This document shows, piece by piece, positions 29,679 through 39,218 of a stretch of DNA of 64,000 nucleotides (its first letter is position 1; every line of letters starts with the position of its first letter). Under the pieces are notes generated by a model. It was given only the letters and a program-made list of their open reading frames with translations, made no database searches and was not told the DNA's origin. This DNA comes from Allosphingosinicella sp. GTDB lineage: Bacteria > Pseudomonadota > Alphaproteobacteria > Sphingomonadales > Sphingomonadaceae. Location of the stretch: contig DASVQS010000024.1 in assembly GCA_036389015.1 (NCBI GenBank), positions 4,296 to 68,295 of the forward strand, read 5' to 3'. Position numbers and translations under genes: made by a program.

Positions 29679-30209
29679 ATGTTACCCGAAGCCCCGATCC
29701 TCGAAACTCCGCGCCTCCGCCTCCGCGGCTTCCGCGCGAGCGATCTCGACGCTCAGCTGGCGACGATGGTCGATCCGCAGGTCTACCGCTTCCTCGGCGG
29801 CGCTCCGGCGACGCGCGAGGAGACCTGGCGCAAGATCCTCGGCTCGCCCGGGCTGTGGGCGCTGCTCGGCTACGGCTATTGGGTCGCCGAGCGGCGCGAG
29901 GACGGCGCCTATCTCGGCCAGATCGGCTTCGCCGACTTCAAGCGCGACATGGCCCCGAGCATCGAGGGCATTCCCGAAATGGGCTGGATCATGGCGAGGG
30001 ACGCCCAGGGCCAGGGCTACGCCACCGAAGCCGTCCTCGCCGCGCTCGCCTGGGCCGACGAGGCTCTCGGCGGGGGCGAGATCGTGGCCATCATCAGCCA
30101 CTCCAACGCCGCCTCGATCCGGATCGCCGAGAAGGGCGGCTTCAGCAGCCGCGAGGAGGCCGTCTACAAGGGCGAGCCCATCCTCCTGTTCAGACGGCCG
30201 GCGCGCTGA
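29679..30209 (+). CDS. GNAT-family N-acetyltransferase (RimJ/RimL-like)
   Basis: Part of ORF 29547..30209. MLPEAPILETPRLRLRGFRASDLD... and MARDAQGQGYATEAVLAAL (acetyl-CoA motif A). Confidence 0.8.
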   Translation: MLPEAPILETPRLRLRGFRASDLDAQLATMVDPQVYRFLGGAPATREETWRKILGSPGLWALLGYGYWVAERREDGAYLGQIGFADFKRDMAPSIEGIPEMGWIMARDAQGQGYATEAVLAALAWADEALGGGEIVAIISHSNAASIRIAEKGGFSSREEAVYKGEPILLFRRPAR

Positions 30210-30295
30210 CGTCACCCCAGCGCAGGCTGGGGTCCCGGCGAGTGAAGAACGCGGCGCTTATCACTCCTCGGGGCCCCAGCCTTCGCTGGGGCGAC
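30209..30295. repeat. Intergenic palindromic repeat, family A (GTCACCCCAGCGnAGGCTGGGG type)
   Basis: GTCACCCCAGCGCAGGCTGGGGTCC ... GGCCCCAGCCTTCGCTGGGGCGAC. Confidence 0.85.
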
Positions 30296-30410
30296 ATTAT
30301 TGCGACTGTCCGTTCCCGAACGCCCCCTGTGCGGGATTGAACGCTTTTCCGGTCATCCGCCGTTCACGAAAACATTTGTAGTCGTGCAAAAGCCGTCACG
30401 TTCAGGGAGT

Positions 30411-30426
30411 TGGCACAACTCCTGCT
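30411..30426 (+). promoter_or_regulatory. Candidate sigma-54 (-24/-12) promoter upstream of a TonB-dependent receptor
   Basis: TGGCAC-AACTC-CTGCT, with GG and GC separated by 10 nt as in TGGCAC-N5-TTGCW, about 45 nt upstream of ATG 30469. It also forms part of a GGAGTTG-gca-CAACTCC hairpin, so the match could be coincidental. Confidence 0.3.
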
Positions 30427-30468
30427 ACGTTCGTGACAGGCCGGCCGAAGAGCCAACAGGGGGGTGCA

Positions 30469-32568
30469 ATGGGATTTGGCGTTTGCCGACTGAGTTCGCG
30501 CCGGCTTCTTGTCGGAAGCTCGATCCTCGCCCTTGCCGCCACGCCTGCGCTCGCGCAGGAGACGGGCGACGCGCCCCCGCCCGAACCGACCCTGCCCGCG
30601 TCGGTGGAGGGGCCGAAGACCTTCGTCCCCGCGGACTTCACCCGCTTCGCGCCGCGCAACGCGCTCGACATGCTCCGCAACGTCCCCGGCTTCACGATCC
30701 GCGAGGCGACCCAGGAGCGGGGGCTCGGAACCGCGACCGGCAACGTCCTGATCAACGGCCGGCGAATCTCCGGCAAGTCGAACGACGTGCTCACCGAGCT
30801 GGGGCGGATTCCCGCGTCCAACGTCACCCGCATCGAGATCGTCGACGCCGCCACGCTCAACCTTCCGGGCCTTTCGGGCCAGATCGCCAACGTCTTCGTC
30901 AAGGCCGACGCGATGAGCGGCCAGTTCGCCTGGCGGCCGGAATTCCGCCAGCGTAACACCAAGCCGCTGCTGACCCGCGGCGATGTCTCGGTGAGCGGCA
31001 AGCTCGGCAAGTTCGATTACAATGTGGGATTGCAGAACCAGAGCTTCCGGAGTGGCGCCGGGGGGCGGACCCTCGTCTACGCGCCCGACCACTCGCTGAT
31101 CGAGCGCCGCCACGATAAATGGACGGGAAGCGGCGAGGACCTTCGCGCCAGCGCCCGGGTGACCTGGGACGGCCCGGGCAGCTCGGTGGCAAACCTCAAC
31201 GCCTCGCTTCGCGGCTTCTTCTACGATTATCGCGAGCTCGGCACCCGGGTGGGCCCGGGGCTGGTCGACCGCGTTCGGCGCGTGACCAACGACGAGGACG
31301 AATGGATCTGGGAGGTCGGCGGCGACTATGAGTTCGGCCTGGCCGGCGGCCGCCTCAAGCTCATCGGCCTGGCGCGGTCCGACCACGACCCGTTCGAGCA
31401 GGGCGTGCGCACCGAATTCGCCAGTGGCGATCCCGACACCGGCAGCCATTTCCTTAACGTCGCCGACACCCAGGAGCGGATCGGCCGGGCCGAATATCGC
31501 TGGAAATGGGGGAAGGGGGACTGGCAGATCTCGGCCGAAGGCGCGTTCAACAGCCTGGACAACGTCACCGAATTGCTGGTGCTGGAGCCCGGCGGCGAAT
31601 TCACCGAGATCGACCTTCCGGGGGGCACCGCGACGGTCAAGGAGGATCGCTACGAGGTGATGGCGAGCCACGGCCGGCCGCTGTCCTCGAAGCTCACCGT
31701 CCAGCTCGCAGCGGGCGCCGAATATTCGAACCTGCGCCAGATCGGCGCCGGCGGGCTGGCGCGCACCTTCTGGCGGCCCAAGGGGCTCTTCTCGGCGGCG
31801 TGGAAGGCGACTCCGCGGCTCGACGTCAACTTCAAGCTCCAGCGCCGGGTCGGCCAGCTGAATTTCGGCGATTTCCTCGCCACCGTGAACCTCACCGACG
31901 ACCGCGAGAATGCCGGCAACGTCGAGCTCGTTCCCACCCAGAGCTGGGAGGCCGATCTCGAGGCGACCCGCAATCTGGGCCGCTACGGCACGACGACGGT
32001 CCGCCTCTACGGACGGCTCTACGACGATATCGTCGACACCATCCCGATCGGCCTCACCGGCGAATCGCGCGGCAATATCGACCGGGCCAGCGCCTACGGC
32101 GTCGAGTGGAAGTCGACGTTCAACTTCGACCCGCTCGGCTGGAAGGGCGCCAAGCTCGACCTCCGCGCCCAAGCTCAGAAGACCGACGTCAAGGACCCGC
32201 TGACCGGCGAACACCGCTCGATCTCCGGGACTCTCCTCCATTTCATCGACCTCACCCTCCGCCACGACATTCCAGCAAGCGACTGGGCGTGGGGCGGCAA
32301 CATCAATTACGCCCTCTACGCCAAGGACTATCGCCTGACCGAGGTCGGACGCCAGTGGGAAGGCCCGGTTTGGTTGAGCGCCTATGTCGAGAACAAGGAC
32401 GTCATGGGCCTGACCGTCCGGGCCACCGTCAGCAACATCTTCGCCGCCACCAGCATGTGGGATCGCACCGTCTACGTCGGCCGCCGGACCGGCCCGATCC
32501 AGCAGATCGAGCATCGCGACCGGCTGATCGGCCCGATCTTCTCCTTCCAGGTGCGGGGGAAGTTCTAG
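30469..32568 (+). CDS. TonB-dependent outer-membrane receptor
   Basis: ORF 30433..32568. Start MGFGVCRLSSRRLLVGSSILALAATPALAQE (signal peptide). Plug motifs NVPGFTIREATQERGLGTATGNVLINGRRISGK. C-terminal ...FSFQVRGKF. Confidence 0.9.
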   Translation: MGFGVCRLSSRRLLVGSSILALAATPALAQETGDAPPPEPTLPASVEGPKTFVPADFTRFAPRNALDMLRNVPGFTIREATQERGLGTATGNVLINGRRISGKSNDVLTELGRIPASNVTRIEIVDAATLNLPGLSGQIANVFVKADAMSGQFAWRPEFRQRNTKPLLTRGDVSVSGKLGKFDYNVGLQNQSFRSGAGGRTLVYAPDHSLIERRHDKWTGSGEDLRASARVTWDGPGSSVANLNASLRGFFYDYRELGTRVGPGLVDRVRRVTNDEDEWIWEVGGDYEFGLAGGRLKLIGLARSDHDPFEQGVRTEFASGDPDTGSHFLNVADTQERIGRAEYRWKWGKGDWQISAEGAFNSLDNVTELLVLEPGGEFTEIDLPGGTATVKEDRYEVMASHGRPLSSKLTVQLAAGAEYSNLRQIGAGGLARTFWRPKGLFSAAWKATPRLDVNFKLQRRVGQLNFGDFLATVNLTDDRENAGNVELVPTQSWEADLEATRNLGRYGTTTVRLYGRLYDDIVDTIPIGLTGESRGNIDRASAYGVEWKSTFNFDPLGWKGAKLDLRAQAQKTDVKDPLTGEHRSISGTLLHFIDLTLRHDIPASDWAWGGNINYALYAKDYRLTEVGRQWEGPVWLSAYVENKDVMGLTVRATVSNIFAATSMWDRTVYVGRRTGPIQQIEHRDRLIGPIFSFQVRGKF

Positions 32569-32573
32569 TCAAA

Positions 32574-32712
32574 CCCCCTCTCCCTGGAGGGGAGAGGGAC
32601 AGCCGTCGCGAAGCGGCGGCAGGGTGAGGGCATAGCGGCAATCGGCGGGATAGGCCCTCACCCTCCCAAGCCTTCGGCTTGGGCCCCTCCCTCTCCCCTG
32701 CAGGAAGAGGGG
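32574..32712. repeat. Intergenic palindromic repeat, family B
   Basis: CCCCCTCTCCCTGGAGGGGAGAGGG ... GGGTGAGGGC ... GCCCTCACCC ... CCCCTCCCTCTCCCCTGCAGGAAGAGGGG. Fills the gap between the convergent receptor and pitA genes. Confidence 0.8.
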
Positions 32713-32717
32713 CCAGG

Positions 32718-33731
32718 CTAGAACAGCGTCGTGATCCAGTAGAAGATCGCCCCCACCGTCGCCGAGGCGGGGATGGTGATGATCCAGGCGAGGACGACGT
32801 TCTGGGCGACTCCCCAGCGTACCGCCGAGGCCCGGCGGGCGACTCCGGCGCCGATGATGGAGCCGGTGATCGTATGCGTGGTCGAGACCGGAATGCCGAG
32901 CCAGGAAGCGGCGAACAGCATCACCGAGCCGCCGGCCGAGGCGCTGAAGCCCTGGTGCTGCGAGAGCTTGGTGATGCCCGTTCCCATCGTCTTGATGATC
33001 CGCCAGCCGCCGCTCAGGGTGCCGAGACCGATCGCGACGTAGCAGGAGATCGCGACCCAATGCGGCACGTGGAACTCGCCCGTCAGATAGCCGGTCGAAT
33101 AGAGGAGTACGGTGATGATCCCCATCGTCTTCTGGGCGTCGTTGAGGCCGTGGCCGACCGAATAGGCCGCGGATGAGACGAGATGCAGGGAGCGGAAGCT
33201 TCTTTCGGCGCCGCGCGCGCTTGCCCTGACCGCAAGCCAACTGGTCAGGAGCATGATCAGCATCGCCAGCAGCATTCCGAGCATCGGCGACAGAACGATC
33301 GCGATCAGCGTTTTATTGAGGCCCGTCCACTGCACCCCGGTCAGCCCGGCATGGGCGACCCCCGAGCCGACCAGGCCGCCGACCAGGGCATGGCTGGAGG
33401 AGGAGGGAATACCCTTCAGCCAGGTGACGACGTTCCAGAACATCGCTCCGATCAGCGCCCCGAACACCACCGCGGGGGTGATCAGGTCCTTGTCGATCAG
33501 GCCCTTGCCGATCGTGTCGGCGACCTTGTGGAGGCTCGGCACGGCCAGCGAGAGGAAGTAGGCGGCGAAGTTGAAGAAGGCGGCGAAGGCGACCGCCTGC
33601 ACCGGACTGAGCAGCCGGGTCGCGACCACGGTCGCGATCGAGTTGGCGGCGTCGTGGAGGCCGTTCAGGAAATCGAACGCCAGGGCGATGGCGATGAGGC
33701 CGATGAGCAGCGGCAGGGCCAGCTCGTGCAT
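32718..33731 (-). CDS. pitA: Inorganic phosphate transporter, PiT family
   Basis: 337 aa. MHELALPLLIGLIAIALAFDFLNGLHDAANSIATVV and GVSTTHTITGSIIGAG (PHO4 signature repeats). Confidence 0.92.
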   Translation of the reverse strand: MHELALPLLIGLIAIALAFDFLNGLHDAANSIATVVATRLLSPVQAVAFAAFFNFAAYFLSLAVPSLHKVADTIGKGLIDKDLITPAVVFGALIGAMFWNVVTWLKGIPSSSSHALVGGLVGSGVAHAGLTGVQWTGLNKTLIAIVLSPMLGMLLAMLIMLLTSWLAVRASARGAERSFRSLHLVSSAAYSVGHGLNDAQKTMGIITVLLYSTGYLTGEFHVPHWVAISCYVAIGLGTLSGGWRIIKTMGTGITKLSQHQGFSASAGGSVMLFAASWLGIPVSTTHTITGSIIGAGVARRASAVRWGVAQNVVLAWIITIPASATVGAIFYWITTLF

Positions 33732-33743
33732 GCTGCGCGCTCC

Positions 33744-34388
33744 TCAGGCGTGGTCGATGACGACGCCGGAAATCTCGTTCGCCACGTCCTCGAGCCGGTC
33801 GAGGACCCTTTCCAGGTGGCTATAGATCTCGCGGCCGACGATGTAGCCCATCGCATTGCCGTCGCGATGCCTCAGGAAAAGGGCCTTGAGCCCGGCGTCA
33901 TGGAGGGCGTCGGCCTCCTCCTCGAGATGGACGATCTTCTCGGTGATCTTGTCCAGCTTGAGATGGTTGCTGCCGATCTTGCGCATCAGCGGCATCGCCT
34001 CCGCGACCAGCTTCGCGCCCTGCTCGGCGAGCGCCGCCATGTCGCGCATCTGGGGTTCGAAATGGGCGACCTCGAACTGGGTGATCGCCTTGGCGGTCTT
34101 CTGCATCTCGTCGATCGCATCGTCCATCGAGGAAATGAGGTCGGTGATCGCGCTCCGGTCGAAGGGGGTGATGAAGGTCCGGCGGACGGCGTGGAGCACC
34201 TCGCGGGTGACCTCGTCGGCCTGCTCCTCAAATTGCGAGATCTGGCGGCAGGCCTCCTGGATGCCTTCCTCCTTGGCGAACATCCGGCTCATCACCTCGG
34301 AGCCGCCGACCAGGGTCCCGGCATGTCGCTCGAACATGTCGAAGAAGGCGACCTCCTTGGGCATGACCGCACGGAACATCTTCAGCAT
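33744..34388 (-). CDS. DUF47-family (PhoU-like fold) phosphate-transport accessory protein
   Basis: 214 aa. FFDMFERHA...HAVRRTFITPFDRSAITDLISSMDDAIDEM. Typical partner immediately upstream of a PiT transporter. Confidence 0.85.
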   Translation of the reverse strand: MLKMFRAVMPKEVAFFDMFERHAGTLVGGSEVMSRMFAKEEGIQEACRQISQFEEQADEVTREVLHAVRRTFITPFDRSAITDLISSMDDAIDEMQKTAKAITQFEVAHFEPQMRDMAALAEQGAKLVAEAMPLMRKIGSNHLKLDKITEKIVHLEEEADALHDAGLKALFLRHRDGNAMGYIVGREIYSHLERVLDRLEDVANEISGVVIDHA

Positions 34389-34481
34389 TTCGTCCCCCTG
34401 CAGGCGGCCGGCTGTACAGCGGCGCGGCGGCCATTGAAAGCGAGGCTACCGGCCCCCCGTCGGTACGCGCCTATGGCGTTT

Positions 34482-34501
34482 AGGTTGCACTTTTGTGACA
34501 A
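34482..34501 (-). promoter_or_regulatory. Candidate Pho box upstream of the DUF47-pitA operon
   Basis: Minus-strand read: CTTGTCAC-AAAA-GTGCAAC. Two 7-mers with an A-rich 4-nt spacer, 11-bp periodicity. Lies between the phoB stop and the DUF47 start, about 95 nt upstream of ATG 34388. Confidence 0.35.
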
Positions 34502-34505
34502 GCGC

Positions 34506-35204
<699 letters not shown>

Positions 35205-35229
35205 GGCGCCTTTCCGTATGACGGCGCGG

Positions 35230-36669
35230 TTACACTTTGATGACAGGCGGGCCCGCCACCGGAAGGAGGACGTGGACCGTCGTGCCGACGCCGGGCTCGC
35301 TTTCGATCCGAAGCCGGCCGCGATGGCGCTCGACGACATGCTTGACGATCGACAGGCCGAGCCCGGTGCCGCCGAGCGACCGGCTGCGGCTGGGGTCGAC
35401 CCGGTAGAAGCGCTCGGTCACGCGCGCGATATGGTCCGCGGGGATTCCCTCTCCCTCGTCCGTGACGGCGAGATGGACCATGTCGCCTTCGCGGGCGAGG
35501 CGGACCTTGATCGGAGTGCCCGGGCGGCCGTAGCGCAAAGCGTTGCTGACCAGATTGTCGATCAGCTGGAGCAGCTCCGCCCGGTCGCCGGCGACCTCGG
35601 GAAGGTCCGGCGCCGCCTCGATGCCGATCTCGGAGGCACGCTCGGCGGCCATATGGCGCACGTTGCAGCGCACCTCCTCGACCAGTCCGGCCAGGCCCAG
35701 CGGCTCCCGAGGCGGATTGAAGCGCTCCGCCTCGATCCTCGACAGCGAGACGAGATCCTCGACCAGGCGCTGCATCCGCCTGGCCTCGTCATGGACGATG
35801 GCCGTGAATCGCCGCCTCGTGGCTTCGTCGAGCTCGTCGCCCTGCTCCCGCAGGGTCTCGGTATAGCCGAGCACGGTGGCGAGCGGGGTGCGCAGCTCGT
35901 GGCTGGCGTTGGCGACGAAATCGACCCGCATCCGCTCCGCGGCATGGGCCTCGCTGCGGTCGCTGAGGCGGACGAACAGGCCGCCGTCCTCCAGCGGCGC
36001 GATGCGCATCGTCCAGTGCCGACGGGATTCCCCGAGGCCGGCCAGATCCACTTCCTCGGCAACGGCGGGAAGTCTCGCGACGAGCCTCTCCGTCGCCTCC
36101 GGATGGCGGATGGCGAGCCGGACGTCCTGTCCCTCGATTCCGCTTCCGAGAGTCGCCCGGGCGGCGGCGTTGCTCATCTCGACCCGGCCGCCGGCGACGA
36201 TCAGCGCCGGTTCCGGCAGAGCCTCGAGGACGTTGCGGGCGATGGCCCGGGCGGCCGAGCCCGGTCCCGGGGCGAGGCTGCGGATCATCTCGGCGAGCTC
36301 GACCTCGGCGACGGCGGCCGCGGCCTCCTGGGGCGGGAACCAGCGCCGCTCGCGCTCGCCCCTCTCGGGCCAGTCGTCGCGCTCCTCGGACACGCTCATC
36401 CGGAACAGCTGGACCTCCGCCGGAAGCAGTGCGCCGTTGCGCCGGCGCTTTCGGTAGAAATAGCGGCCGACCGGCTCCGGCTCGACCGGTCCGATGATTC
36501 CCGCTTCCTCATAGGCCTCCTGGGCGGCCGATTCCGACGGGCTCTTGCCGGGAATCGGATTGCCGCGGGGAACCACCCACCGTCTCGTCTCCCGCGAAGT
36601 GATGAGCATCACCTCGATCCCGCCTTCCGCCCCGCGGCGGACCGGGATGACTCCATATTGGGTCAGCAC
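35230..36669 (-). CDS. phoR: Soluble PhoR-type histidine kinase with an N-terminal Nudix-fold domain (Nudix-PAS-HisKA-HATPase)
   Basis: C-terminal 479 codons of ORF 35230..37713. GTG 36669 overlaps the stop of the CoA-transferase gene. Nudix-like segment: QYGVIPVRRGAEGGIEVMLITSRETRRWVVPRGNPIPGKSPSESAAQEAYEEAGIIG. PAS-like: VLEALPEPALIVAGGRVEMSNAAA. H-box: DFVANASHELRTPLATVLGY. PhoR hallmark: ERFYRVDPSRSRSLGGTGLGLSIVKH. No hydrophobic segment. Confidence 0.8.
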   Translation of the reverse strand: MLTQYGVIPVRRGAEGGIEVMLITSRETRRWVVPRGNPIPGKSPSESAAQEAYEEAGIIGPVEPEPVGRYFYRKRRRNGALLPAEVQLFRMSVSEERDDWPERGERERRWFPPQEAAAAVAEVELAEMIRSLAPGPGSAARAIARNVLEALPEPALIVAGGRVEMSNAAARATLGSGIEGQDVRLAIRHPEATERLVARLPAVAEEVDLAGLGESRRHWTMRIAPLEDGGLFVRLSDRSEAHAAERMRVDFVANASHELRTPLATVLGYTETLREQGDELDEATRRRFTAIVHDEARRMQRLVEDLVSLSRIEAERFNPPREPLGLAGLVEEVRCNVRHMAAERASEIGIEAAPDLPEVAGDRAELLQLIDNLVSNALRYGRPGTPIKVRLAREGDMVHLAVTDEGEGIPADHIARVTERFYRVDPSRSRSLGGTGLGLSIVKHVVERHRGRLRIESEPGVGTTVHVLLPVAGPPVIKV

Positions 36670-37772
36670 GGCCGGGATTCCCCGAGCCGGGGCGCCGGCG
36701 CCTTCGCGACCTGGCGCTTGCCGTCGATGACGATCGGCGAGGCCAGGCCGGGCGCCTCGCCCTCGATCCGCAGGCCGCGATGGACGACCTGCGGGTCGTC
36801 GAACACGGCATCGACGGCGTTGATCGGCCCGGCGGGGATTCCGGCGGCCTCGAGCGCGTCGGACAATTCCTGCCGGCCCCGGCGGAGCATCGCCTGCTCC
36901 AGCGCCGGGATCAGGGCGGCCCGGTTGACCACCCGCGCCGGGTTGGTTCGGAAGCGCTCGTCCCGGGCCAGCCGGTCGAGCCCCAGAAGGCCGCAGAGCC
37001 GCTCGAACTGGGAATCGTTGCCGACCGCGACGATGATCTCGCCGTCGGCGACCCGGAAGGCCTGGTAGGGGACGAGGTTGGCGTGGCCGTTGCCCATCCG
37101 GGTGGGAACGTCTCCCGAGACCATCCAGTTCAGCGCCTGGTTGGCGAGCACCGCCACCTGGGTGTCGAGCAGGGCCATGTCGATATGGGCGCCCCGGCCG
37201 GTCCGGTCCCTTTCCCGAAGCGCGGCGAGGATCGCGACGCTCGCATAGAGGCCGGTGAACAGGTCGGCATAAGCGATTCCGGACTTTTGCGGCGCCCCGT
37301 CCGGCTCGCCGGTCAGCGACATCGCCCCGCCCATGCCCTGGATGATGAAGTCGTAGCCGGCGCGGGCCGCGTAGGGGCCGGTCTGGCCGAAGCCGGTGAT
37401 CGAGCAATAGATCAGGCGCGGATTGAGCTTCGAGAGGGAAGGGTGGTCGAGCCCGTATTTCGCCAGCCCGCCGACCTTGAAATTCTCGATGACGACATCG
37501 GCTTCGGCGGCCAGCGAGCGCACTTGCGCCTGACCCTCCGGGGTGTCGAGGTCGATCGCCACCGAGCTTTTGCCGCGGTTGCAGCTGTGGAAATAGGCGG
37601 AGGCGCCGTCGGGCGCGAAGGGCGGGCCCCACTGGCGGGTGTCGTCGCCCGTGCCGGGGCGCTCCACTTTCACCACCTCCGCCCCCAGGTCGGCGAGCAG
37701 CTGCCCGGCCCAAGGCCCGGCGAGGATCCGGGCCAGCTCGACCACCTTGAGGCCGGCGAGGGGCTTATCCAT
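36663..37772 (-). CDS. Family III (CaiB/BaiF) CoA-transferase, probably glutarate/dicarboxylate-specific given the adjacent gcdH
   Basis: 369 aa. MDKPLAGLKVVELARILAGPWAGQLLADLGAEVVKVERPGTGDDTRQWGPPF. Confidence 0.85.
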   Translation of the reverse strand: MDKPLAGLKVVELARILAGPWAGQLLADLGAEVVKVERPGTGDDTRQWGPPFAPDGASAYFHSCNRGKSSVAIDLDTPEGQAQVRSLAAEADVVIENFKVGGLAKYGLDHPSLSKLNPRLIYCSITGFGQTGPYAARAGYDFIIQGMGGAMSLTGEPDGAPQKSGIAYADLFTGLYASVAILAALRERDRTGRGAHIDMALLDTQVAVLANQALNWMVSGDVPTRMGNGHANLVPYQAFRVADGEIIVAVGNDSQFERLCGLLGLDRLARDERFRTNPARVVNRAALIPALEQAMLRRGRQELSDALEAAGIPAGPINAVDAVFDDPQVVHRGLRIEGEAPGLASPIVIDGKRQVAKAPAPRLGESRPC

Positions 37773-37794
37773 TACAACTCACGGACATTCTCCT

Positions 37795-37898
37795 CCGCTC
37801 ATCCTGAGTAGGGACTGAGCCTGGCGAAGGCCCGTATCGAAGGACCGTCCTTCGATACGCCGCTTCGACTTCGCTCAGCGGCTACTCAGGATGGGCGG
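37795..37898. repeat. Intergenic palindromic repeat, family C
   Basis: CCGCTCATCCTGAGTAGGGACTGAGCCTGGCGAAGGCCCGTATCGAAGGAC ... GTCCTTCGATACG ... CTCAGCGGCTACTCAGGATGGGCGG, between gcdH and the CoA-transferase gene. Confidence 0.85.
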
Positions 37899-37903
37899 GA
37901 ACG

Positions 37904-39109
37904 TCAAAAGGCCGAGATCCCGGTGATCGCCCGCCCCAGGATCAGGCCGTGGACGTCGTGCGTGCCCTCATAGGTGTTGACCGTCTCGAGATTGGCGGCA
38001 TGGCGCATCACCTGGAACTCGGCCGAGATTCCGTTGCCGCCGTGCATGTCCCGCGCGACCCGGGCGATATCGAGCGCCTTGCCGACATTGTTGCGCTTGA
38101 TGAGGCTGATCGTCTCCGGGATCAGCTCGCCCTCGTCCATCCGCCGGCCGACCCTTAGCGCCGCCTGCAGGCCCAGGCTGATCTCGGTGATCATGTTGGC
38201 GAGCTTCATCTGCACCAGCTGGGTCGCGGCGAGGGGACGGCCGAACTGCTTGCGGTCGAGCGTGTAGGTCCGGGCCGCGTGGTAGCAGGCCTCGGCCGCG
38301 CCCATCGAGCCCCAGGCGATCCCGTAGCGTGCCCGGTTGAGGCAGCCGAACGGGCCCTTCAGTCCGGAAACGTTGGGCAGAAGCGCCTCCTCCGGCACCT
38401 CGACCCCGTCCATGACGATCTCGCCGGTGATCGAGGCGCGAAGCGACAGCTTCATCCCGATCTTGGGAGCGCTCAGCCCCTTCATGCCCTTCTCGAGCAG
38501 GAAGCCGCGGATCTTGCCGTCATGCGCGTCCGACTTGGCCCAGACGACGAAGACGTCGGCGATGGGCGAGTTGGTGATCCACATCTTCGAGCCCGAAAGG
38601 CTGTAGCCGCCGTCAATCTTCCGGGCCCTGGTCCGCATTCCCCCGGGGTCGGAGCCGGCGTCGGGCTCGGTCAGGCCGAAGCAGCCGATCAGCTCGCCGG
38701 CCGCAAGCCCCGGCAGCCAGCGCCTGCGCTGCTCTTCGGAGCCGTAGGCGTGGATCGGGTGCATAACGAGCGACGACTGGACGCTCATCGCCGAGCGGTA
38801 GCCGCTGTCGACCCGCTCGACCTCGCGCGCCACCAGCCCGTAGCTGACGTAATTGAGGCCGGCGCCGCCATATTCGTGGGGAATGGTCGCTCCGAGCAGG
38901 CCGAGCTCGCCCATCTCCGACATGATCTCGCGGTCGAAATTCTCGTCGAGAAAGGCCTCGGTTACCCGCGGCTGGAGCTTCTCCCGCGCATAGGCCCGGG
39001 CCGTGTCGCGGACGAGCCTCTCCTCGTCGGAGAGCTGGGCCTCGAGCCCGAACGCATCCTCCCAGTCGAACCTGCCAATCGCCGCCTCGGCCATCTCATT
39101 CCCCGCCAT
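37904..39109 (-). CDS. gcdH: Glutaryl-CoA dehydrogenase
   Basis: 401 aa. [36 protein letters not shown]...[16 protein letters not shown]...[20 protein letters not shown]. Confidence 0.9.
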   Translation of the reverse strand: MAGNEMAEAAIGRFDWEDAFGLEAQLSDEERLVRDTARAYAREKLQPRVTEAFLDENFDREIMSEMGELGLLGATIPHEYGGAGLNYVSYGLVAREVERVDSGYRSAMSVQSSLVMHPIHAYGSEEQRRRWLPGLAAGELIGCFGLTEPDAGSDPGGMRTRARKIDGGYSLSGSKMWITNSPIADVFVVWAKSDAHDGKIRGFLLEKGMKGLSAPKIGMKLSLRASITGEIVMDGVEVPEEALLPNVSGLKGPFGCLNRARYGIAWGSMGAAEACYHAARTYTLDRKQFGRPLAATQLVQMKLANMITEISLGLQAALRVGRRMDEGELIPETISLIKRNNVGKALDIARVARDMHGGNGISAEFQVMRHAANLETVNTYEGTHDVHGLILGRAITGISAF

Positions 39110-39218
39110 CGTCGAAAAGGAGACCCATTCGCTCTTTGCGGAACGTCTGTCTACACCGGTGCGGGCGCCTGCGGCAGAAGGCGCTTTCGCTCGCGGAGCC
39201 GTTCGCTATTCTTGCAGA

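Noticed and set aside
36670-37713. N-terminal 348 codons of the 827-aa ORF 35230..37713, which would make a giant kinase
   Set aside because: This part overlaps the CoA-transferase gene out of frame and translates to Arg/Pro/Gly-rich sequence with no domain. The CoA-transferase frame has clear CaiB/BaiF motifs. The kinase is therefore started at GTG 36669, at the CoA-transferase stop.
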